From positions 32,001-96,000 of the IMG/VR virus record IMGVR_UViG_3300049846_002130: a stretch of 64,000 nucleotides of DNA. The stretch is one strand, 5' to 3'. Below the pieces are notes generated by a model. It was not told where the DNA came from and ran no database searches. It was given only the letters and a program-made list of their open reading frames with translations. Below, in pieces: positions 20,901 to 28,900 of this stretch. Numbering within the stretch: position 1 is the stretch's first letter; the number at the start of each line of letters is the position of its first letter. A program made the position numbers and the translations under genes. Origin of the DNA: a virus.

Positions 20901-22901
20901 CAGACTGTTGGAGCTTCTGATGCAGCTCGTGGAGCGATTGAGGGATTTGTTAAGCGAGGCAGAAAGATGGCGGCTGATACTATCCACAATATCCATCGTG
21001 GGAAGATTCGTGGCATGCAGGCAATGATAGCCGCTCCATTTGCTCTTGAATCTAATGTTGGTTTTGCTAAATCTTCACAGTTTAAGTTTGCTCGCAATAT
21101 TATGAGAAAGACTCGTGGCCAAGCTGTATTCTTTGACTCTACAGCTTTTATTAGTCAGCTTGCTGACTACATGGGCACCAAAGATGGTAATGTCGGTCAT
21201 GCTGCCCGCCAGGCTGAAATGTTTTTCTTGAGCCCAGAACTAGCTATGTCTAGTGGAAAGATGGGCAAGGTTAAGGGATTGGCACAAATTGGTCAGCGCC
21301 ACCCGACAGCATCTCTTGGTAATATATTTGTTACTCAAGTTTATCGAGATCCTAGAGAATTGGGAAAGAGTAACGATTATCTTAATACCTTTCTTGAGAC
21401 AGAGGTTGGTAAAGGATGGGCGGCCAAAAAGATTCGTCGATTCAAAGATCTAGAACAGCTAAGTGCTGGTAAGCGTCGGGCCTTTTTCACTGACTTTGTT
21501 AGAGAAATTGATTCGTTTGCTCCAGAGGGTGGGGGCATTGCATATCTTCCTGTAGCTAAAGCAAAAGTAAATCTTATTGGTGCCAATGAGCCATCTATGA
21601 ATGTTGATATAGGATTTTCTGCTGCAGCCATTGGTGACTTCGACGGAGATACATTTATGTTCACCCCTGTAAATAGTGATACAGGTAAGTTACTTCTTGG
21701 GCGAATGGGCAAGAAGTCTATGGACGAATGGGCTGCTAGTAATGCACTGTACAAGATTAAATCAGAACTCTTTACGAAGGAAGCCAAGGCAGGGTTAGAT
21801 AGACAAGCAGGGTCTGTAGTAGATATTGATGAGGCTATCAAGCAGGGGCTACTAAAAGAACAGGCAGCTAAGGCTGCTGTTGGAAGTCTAGATACTAGAC
21901 TTAATAAACTTAGGTTATCCTTGGTTGATATGCACCTTTCAGGACAAGCTAGCAGAGATCAGGTTTCTGAAGCATTGAGCTTACTAAAGGTCTTACAAGA
22001 GCACACAACTATTAAGGGTAAAAAGCTTCCTGTTTACAAACCATTTGCAGAAAGTTTAACAGCTGCCGTAGATAGAGTATTCGATTCTGGTGACTGGGGT
22101 TCGTTTGAACGAGTGCTCAATGAAGATATTTTTAAAGGAAGCCAACTACTTGAAGGCGGAGTTACTATAGATAGTGTAAGTTCTGATGGGTTTGGCTTTT
22201 TCGGTCGCGGAGTTCAAAAGCAACAAGTAAGTCTTGCGCAGACAGTGGCTACGATGAAGCAAGCTGTTAGTCGATCGCAGGTAACTGGTATAGCTAATGC
22301 CCCATCAGCAAACTGGATGGTAAAAGGTTTAGCTTCACAAGACCCAGTAGAAGCTGAGCGAATGATGACGCTAATGACTAGTGGGCAGCTTCAAGCTACA
22401 GCTACTTTGATGTCAGCTACGGAGGATGCTGGCCAGATAACAAAGACAGCTCTTGCTCGGGGCCAGTCTATATTACAAAATATAGGCCATTATATTTCTG
22501 GTTTAGACAATAAGACTACGGGTATTATTGCTGGAGGTATATTGGCGGCAACTGCCACGATGGCAATGATTGGTAATAGAGGGTATAGTAGTCAAGCTCT
22601 TACAATGCCTGGAGAGATTGCTGGTAACGATATAGATAAACAAATTTCTAGCGGACAGCTTTTGGGGCCGCCGCGAAAGAATTATCCTACAGCAACCCCA
22701 CAACAAATTGGAACCACCTATGTACAAGGTAGAAGTACATATTCGGTTCGTGGTATTTTACATGGAATTGGTGACGTAGCTAACGCAACTAACTATCTAA
22801 GTACTATTAGTGGTGGGAATATGAGAGGCTCTGTAAGTATCAATGATAATCGTAGACCCATCAGTGGCAGTTATGTAGATCGTTTCTTTGGAGTATACTA
22901 G
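17895..22901 (+). CDS. Tape-measure-slot protein containing a putative single-chain two-barrel (beta/beta'-like) RNA polymerase
   Basis: 1668 aa. Ordered motifs: E531, K641-x6-K648G, R1035GK, R1135HP, G-D1248FDGD1252, Q1368..K1374. Hydrophobic segments at both termini. Confidence 0.75.
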   Translation: MATESLENQGNPYGNIIKTAIGLAPLAVGGYIAFNKIKGNTALNPAIPLGVGGSGNLISVASELGKEIKVNVGKSRAADLSRIDKVSKEIMKADGLKKLFSTVEEQRVLVQSLLDTLSDPTSGVSQDVLLSYREKLLNLATNAPDSDDMRESIKAVVKAIDTQGTDNAKVRLAKNLREYKKLGPSLVPPGQALTPERGYIDLNFSGLKGHVSDSNTYKAIKRRYKALENALGGGGRQRIQLVGKEFDGAFSVYARVSTGSRFTATVPLHVGTSTSGVRGLFLNEGMTTGYAAPRQFLSAQKLHSLGPGLKAGAGTAEVAMEDVFLNEFVSRLKNVNGRTMLENTNAYGAWQRQFLTVMPRGAYSADRSGHLLGTIAQAQNYATVVGWQGLGKEAQYDIMTRLGAAAGYEANAPGYQMIVRGIDDETIGRMGMASGSALHSLMPSQSADRFYFPVESRIEQMIGRTAQFVDDKPMRMGRGGVFSAGAMHAGGLSATNMVGQNIEWANNLTGATNKAVVMVFNKDNPIYKTMEGSGAALYAGRDKVVDFISKPVLDPTATKQMSSKLFQHLTTTYKPGEEFTISREMLKEHGAFLGFSGNGPQHLRLDPRTDSMQAIYNVTETNGKRNINFMIKHQRDMETWKAFSLSHKGMLQQIGGRRFIQHLEDLGLSKARRQSLGIPTRHTVIATPDMLKKGAGLLDLQMSGAYAMVTGDTNYLSSIRKAGMAFGQGLDDSRLARTFGGVTSLLSKQFQAGKVSAEDIGLVLSGAWFMGDKHKRFGLTQDLQKGLIEKHFGNDSGQVLAAIQKGVGLSPTSMVQGMGPGDYGLGRGSIEPRFLQMLQQQLQNMGMTSVQSAKVLADIYGRKLGGANAIKASQGMMKFLESVGGHQGLATGIEQLVKGVPEYTLADLGKITSQDFANFLSEHKNGFTLNLTSGVDSVAKSAIAAAATDVLGQGNVYFPGLEMTEAMRDVFIKNSGEMDTVVHGEWMRNSENFLKSIHGISTQTVGASDAARGAIEGFVKRGRKMAADTIHNIHRGKIRGMQAMIAAPFALESNVGFAKSSQFKFARNIMRKTRGQAVFFDSTAFISQLADYMGTKDGNVGHAARQAEMFFLSPELAMSSGKMGKVKGLAQIGQRHPTASLGNIFVTQVYRDPRELGKSNDYLNTFLETEVGKGWAAKKIRRFKDLEQLSAGKRRAFFTDFVREIDSFAPEGGGIAYLPVAKAKVNLIGANEPSMNVDIGFSAAAIGDFDGDTFMFTPVNSDTGKLLLGRMGKKSMDEWAASNALYKIKSELFTKEAKAGLDRQAGSVVDIDEAIKQGLLKEQAAKAAVGSLDTRLNKLRLSLVDMHLSGQASRDQVSEALSLLKVLQEHTTIKGKKLPVYKPFAESLTAAVDRVFDSGDWGSFERVLNEDIFKGSQLLEGGVTIDSVSSDGFGFFGRGVQKQQVSLAQTVATMKQAVSRSQVTGIANAPSANWMVKGLASQDPVEAERMMTLMTSGQLQATATLMSATEDAGQITKTALARGQSILQNIGHYISGLDNKTTGIIAGGILAATATMAMIGNRGYSSQALTMPGEIAGNDIDKQISSGQLLGPPRKNYPTATPQQIGTTYVQGRSTYSVRGILHGIGDVANATNYLSTISGGNMRGSVSINDNRRPISGSYVDRFFGVY

Positions 22902-25900
22902 TGACAATTAGTGTAAGGTCCCCCACTGATATTGGTGGTAAGAATGTCTTTGTTCTTAATGATATAGATCTTAATATTCCTCCCACACAGATAGAGGTTC
23001 GAAATGAAAACCTTATCTATCAGTACAAGACTTTAAGAACAAAGGTAAGCACTAAGGTACCTACTGGACATGGGCAGGCTGTTATTACAGCCCGCATACC
23101 TTTTACTCCCAGTACACTATTAGACCTACATAGATTAATAGTTCAGTTTAGATATAGCCCGTTCTTTTATCTAGATAACAGATATGTAAGAGAGACATTG
23201 GTACCAGATTGGCCATGGTCTCAAAACATGGCTGTAACAATTACTGGACTTAATGTTTCTAGTATGCCCGGCAGTTCAGATACACTTGTAGCTGATCTTG
23301 ATATGTTGTGGTTTAATTACTTCCCGTATCTTCACAACTTCTACTTTAGGGAAGATTGGCAGACGAATTGGATTCGAGATGAAAAGAATCCGGCAAAGTC
23401 TCATACCTTTTCAGTAGGCTGGACCTTAGATAAAGATAGCTATAAGCGGAACCATGCTCCTTCTATCTTGGCTTCTCGTGATTTCGAAGAAACATCTAAT
23501 GCTTTGGTAAGTTCTGATATCTATACTGCTAAGAAGCCAACCTGGAGCATCTCTGAAGGTAGTTATAAGTCTAGTACTAATAGGACTATCTTTGAGATGG
23601 AAGCAGCTCATCCTGGTATAGAGTTTGATCTGCTGCCAGTTCCAGGCAATATGCAGCCAGCCCGTATAGTTACTCAACCAAGAAATAGTTATATCTTTGT
23701 TAGATTTATGAATCTCTTACAAAGAGATTCATTATTTAAGAATTTTGGTATCGACGTCGATCAGGATTTGCGAGATTACGAGCGTAACCATAACCTAACT
23801 GGACTCTGGGATAGATTCTTTTCTATAGGTAAAGATCTTGAAGGTAATCCATTTGTAGCTGGTTTACATAGTATTTCTGTACCACTAGAGTTGAGAAATA
23901 AATGGATTTCTCAAATGCGTCAGTTCAATCATAGAATTAAATTTCTTTACAATGGTTATAAAGAGATACGATTACCGCAAAAGTTTGTAGAGGCTACTCA
24001 AAATAGACGTAACAATGCTGTTATTAGCCTTGCTCAAAGGGCTAGCTATTGGTCTAAGTATGGTACGGGTAACTACATCCCCACCGTTCAAGATGATCCT
24101 GTTACCACCGTTCTTGTAGGAAGGCCAGCAAGGATTACAGACGTGTTTGGTTCGACTGGCAGCGTAAATGGCAAGCCTAGGCCTAGACCACATGGTGGCT
24201 TGGATATTGGTGTCCCAGTAACCACCCCTCTATATGCTCCTATAAATGGAACTATTTCCAGTGTTAAAACCAGTGCTGATGGATCTGGTGGAAGGCAAAT
24301 AGTACTAAGGGGAGACGATGGGAGTATGTGGTGGTTCTTACACTTGGAATTAATTCAGGCTGGTAAGAATCAGTCTGTCCAGGCTGGCCAGCGAATTGGG
24401 TTTACTGGTGCGACAGGGGAAGGTATTAGTGGCCCGCACCTTCATGTAGAATACATTGCTCCTGGGTCTAGTACAAAGTCAGATCCGTATTTAGTCCTTC
24501 AACGTATTTATGAGAGTCAGCAATATGGCTTACAGACTCAGTCTGAAGATATTTATGAGTTCTTACCAAATACAGAACAACAATCAACAGCACAAGAAGA
24601 TTTTATTAATGCAGCTAAGTATGAAGCTCAGGCTGCATTAAAGGCGACTGATGAGGAGGCGGAGGCCCTAGTTGAACTCTTTCAGCTTCTAAGTGAAGAG
24701 GGCTGGTACTTTTACGATAAAGATTCAAGTGTTACAAATGTTTGGCAGAAGACAATTGTTTTAGATATAAATCATTCTGGTTTAGACCGAGTAACTGGAA
24801 TAGCTCAAGAGCCCGAAGTGTTTAGACAGGCCGGCATTATCTGTACAGCTATTAATGGTAGTATCTCACATATTGTATCAAAGATACCTATTCTTTCTCA
24901 TGAATGGCCTACCCATCAGCATCTTGGCTCAATTGAGCCTAAGTATGAGCTAGAGTTTATGGTACTAGATGACCAAACCGATCTTGAAGGCATCGGCTCT
25001 ATGGCACAACTTGTTCAGGGAATGCGTAGTGTGGCCCAGTCTAATAGCCGTAAGTTTCGGCCCATTATTGATGGTCACTGCATTGCTACAGACACTTTTA
25101 TCACAAGGTTACTTGGTACATATCAAAATAATGATCTAAAGGTCTTGGAAGCTCTTAATGAAATTGCAGATATAGACCTAAAGAAAAAGACAGTTATTAG
25201 TAGCTCCTACTCTGGAACAGTAGATGGAAATCCTGGTCTTAGTGTAATTAATTACACTTTAGAAGAAACAAATCCTTATGAGCCAGAGAAGCTTTTTAGT
25301 ACTGCCCCATCTCTACAAGATAAAGAAACCAGTAGAAAGCAGGTGCTGCAAAAGATCTACGACCTAGATGTCGTTGCACAGTATAAGCCCATTGTTGTTG
25401 GATTGTTTGTTGGCTCAAAGATTAATCCGAACTTGATAGATCCAAGATCTGATTCCTTTGGAAAGTTTCTTCTAAAAAAGAATCCCGCAGAGAACTTTAA
25501 TCAACCATACTTATATGTTGATACTGTATCTGATGAGCGACTTGCTGAGAATATTATTGTCTTCCCTTATGGTAGTCCTTCAGAGTTAGATTGGTTGAAT
25601 ACACTTGGTATAGATTATGATGATACAAGTTGGGGTCAAGGATGGGCCTCTATACCAAGCACCTATTTAGACACGGCTAGTACTCAATCTAATTATCAGC
25701 TTCCTGGATATGTTGCTGGTATGTCTGGTTATGCTTACGTAGCACCAGATGATATTACATTACCACCATTAGAGGAATCAGTTAGCTATAACCTCCTCGA
25801 TATGGCCAAGATAAATAATAATTCTGATATCGACTTTGCAGCTTTTCAAAGATTTGCTGATTACTATGTTGCTATAAAGCAAACCTTGGAAACAGGCGAA

Positions 25901-28900
25901 CGTATTATGGCAGAGGCAGAAGCTGGAGGCCTTACCAAAGAGTTTATTAGCAGCTTCCTTTATGATCTTCCTATTAAGAACAATATGTGGAAGATTTGGG
26001 AAATGTTTTTAGAAGAGTTTGTTCAAGAGCGAGCACTCTATCCAGACTCTACTGTTAAGGCCGGTGCTTTAGAGCAATTACATGAAAACTCTGCTTGGCC
26101 CTATGTAGGTAAAGCAACTTGGGCAGACCCTGTCCCCGAACAATATCGACCAGCACTAAGAACAAATATCCAAACTACACTCATTCAACATGGGTGGAAT
26201 ATTCTTGGTTATTTAGATGAACCACTAATTAAGGCTGGTTATAATGTTGGAGCGGCACTTAGTAGCTCTATAGATCTTGCCACCTATCAAAGAGAAAAAA
26301 GAAAAACTGCTATTAGCAGATTGGTAAATTACTATCTTTGGACTTTGCCCATAAGTTTTTCTTTGCCTGACTGGGTCAAAGCAACATATGGCACTTATAT
26401 TGGTGAAGTGATTAGCAGTGATAACTTAGATTCTCCTTCTGCTACTGCGCCAGCACTACGTTCTACGTATCAATCATTTTTTGACAATGCAGATAGCTGT
26501 GGAAATATAACCCAGAACTATTTCTCTGCTACACCTGAGCCTGTCTGGGTTGTAACTAATGAATCTATTGGACAGAGAGGTGGGGTACTAGGTCACAACC
26601 TAGATAGTCTTTTGGCACCAGCTACAACACAAGCCGATATATTTTTACAGGGTCCCTATTATCTATTTGGTTCTAGTAGGAAAATAGACACTTATAAATA
26701 TGCTGACAGTCTAGTTAGTAAACCTTTGCAACTTACTGGAACAGAAGAGTTTTTAAGACCTTATCAGCAGATAGGCAATACTCCTGGTAGTCCATTTGTG
26801 TACCACACCGACCAAGCTACCGAGCAACAAAAGGCTTACTATCTTAAAAATATTTTTGCTACTTTTGCAGATGGTATTCTTGCTGACTATGCTGTATTAA
26901 AAATAATAGGACTTGAAAGCTTAATGTTTCTGGATCCTGCCGCCATCGAAGGTAAGGAATGCTATCCAGATATAGATTTGCCAGCTCACCCCTACTATGG
27001 AAGCACTAAACTAGTTTCTCCTGACTTTTTTATGTGGAACATATACGAAGATGCAGATGCTTTAAATATAGAGCAGCAAGAAAAGATTCAGGTTCAGGTT
27101 GATGCTGTAATTCTTAACTCTTATCAGAGTATGAAGCGTTTGGAACAGGGAGATACTTTTGATACAAATTCAGATACAGTCTTATCTGAAAATAGTATTA
27201 ATAGTGACTTTAAGATAGATACTAAGCTTTCTGCTGAAGGTACTGATGGCAATGCACAGAACGGTGTAAGTACCACACCGTTCTATCCGGTCCAAGCAGC
27301 TGCGAAAGATACAGAAGATTGGGTGAGTGCTTTAACCCAAGCCAAGGGTGGATCGGGAAATATTAGACAAATTGGTAATGGTATTAGACCAATAGGTTTT
27401 AATAGTAGCAAGAAAGATTACTATAGTACGAAGCCTTCTGATTTTCTTCATGGGCTTCGAGTATCAAATGCTGAAAGTGTATTTGGTGGTGGACAGACTG
27501 GATTCCAATATCCAGCTAGACTTAGTAATGAACAGTATGCTCAGCTTAAGGTAGAGTTTGAAGCAACAACTCAGATGTTTGGTTCTGTTGAAGGTTATAT
27601 GAATCAACAGCTTAACGAAACAAACTTCCCAACAGTAGCTAGTGAACTAACAGGTACAAGCCTAGAGCGGCCTTTTGAAATAGCTCATACATTCGATATC
27701 AAGTCTTTACAAAAGTTAAGCAAAGATAGTGCCAAGGATCTAATATCTCATAAGATGACTCTTCGTGGAGCATTTCCAACATATAAGCTTTTCTTTATTG
27801 AAGAAGATGAATTCGAAACTAGGTTTATCAACTTTGATGATTTTTATAGCTATAATGCTGTAAAGAGTTTTTCTGTTGTTTTGAGCCGGAAGATACCAGC
27901 TGATACTGCAATTATTTCTTTACAGAACGTTCAAGGTTCTCTTGATGGAACACGAAGAAGTACTGTTACTGATCTAGATTACTTTTCTGGTGACACTGTT
28001 AAGAAAAAACTCCAAGCCAATGGTGATACTGATGCTAGTTTATTGTCTGGAGAGCCAGTAACAACTGGTACTAGTTCAGAGCAGCCTTTCTCTGCTGTAG
28101 TGCTTAGACCGGGGTTAAATGTTCAGTTACGAGCTGGCTACTCTAATGATCCTGATAATCTTCATGTTCTTTTGAGTGGAAGAATTGTTGATGTTACATA
28201 TAACCAAACTGGTGACCTTGCAGAAATAATGGTTCAAAGTTTTGGAACAGAGCTTGCTCAAGTCCTAAAGGGAACTTCTAGAGACTCTAATATAGTCACC
28301 TACACCACAACACATCAGTTACTGGCGTCTATGATGTTGGAGCCAGAGGTTACCCACTTCGGTAGATGGGAGTTCGGACAAACTTACTTTATTGGTGAAG
28401 CTAAAGATCATAAATTAGATTTCGTAGATTACTCTAGAGCTGGCTATCTTGGAAGATTTAAGAATACAGAAGGTATAACTCGTTGGATAATTGACCATCC
28501 AAAGACTGTGTTGGCTATAGGCGTTGGTGTAACAGCTTTGAGCTTTTTGCCCTTGGGCGCGGTAGGTAAAGTTCTCGGGAAGAGTAAGATAGGAAGGTCT
28601 TTGTTTGGAGTGGGTGGTAATACAGCTCTTTGGGAGTCTGGCTATCGTGCAATTTGGGGTGGTGCGCCCCAGGGAGTAGTAACTGGTGCCGAGGCTATCT
28701 CGCAGGGTGTGGCTAGAACAGGTCTTGCTAGAGCTATAGATCAAAGCCTTGATAAACTCGGTGCTGCTGCTGTTAAAGCAGCAGCCGATGCTCCAGAGAT
28801 GGCCTTGCTTGTAGCTCAAAGAACTGCAGCAACTAAAGGAGAAATTGTTGGCAAGCTTTTAGCAGGTCAAGCTGATGATGCAATTGCTATTGCGGCCAGC

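Noticed and set aside
21630-21653. GDFDGD as an FG-GAP or EF-hand-like calcium-binding repeat
   Set aside because: It occurs once, lacks the following G..D(L/I), and is preceded in order by RGK, RHP and K-x6-KG motifs expected of two-barrel polymerases.
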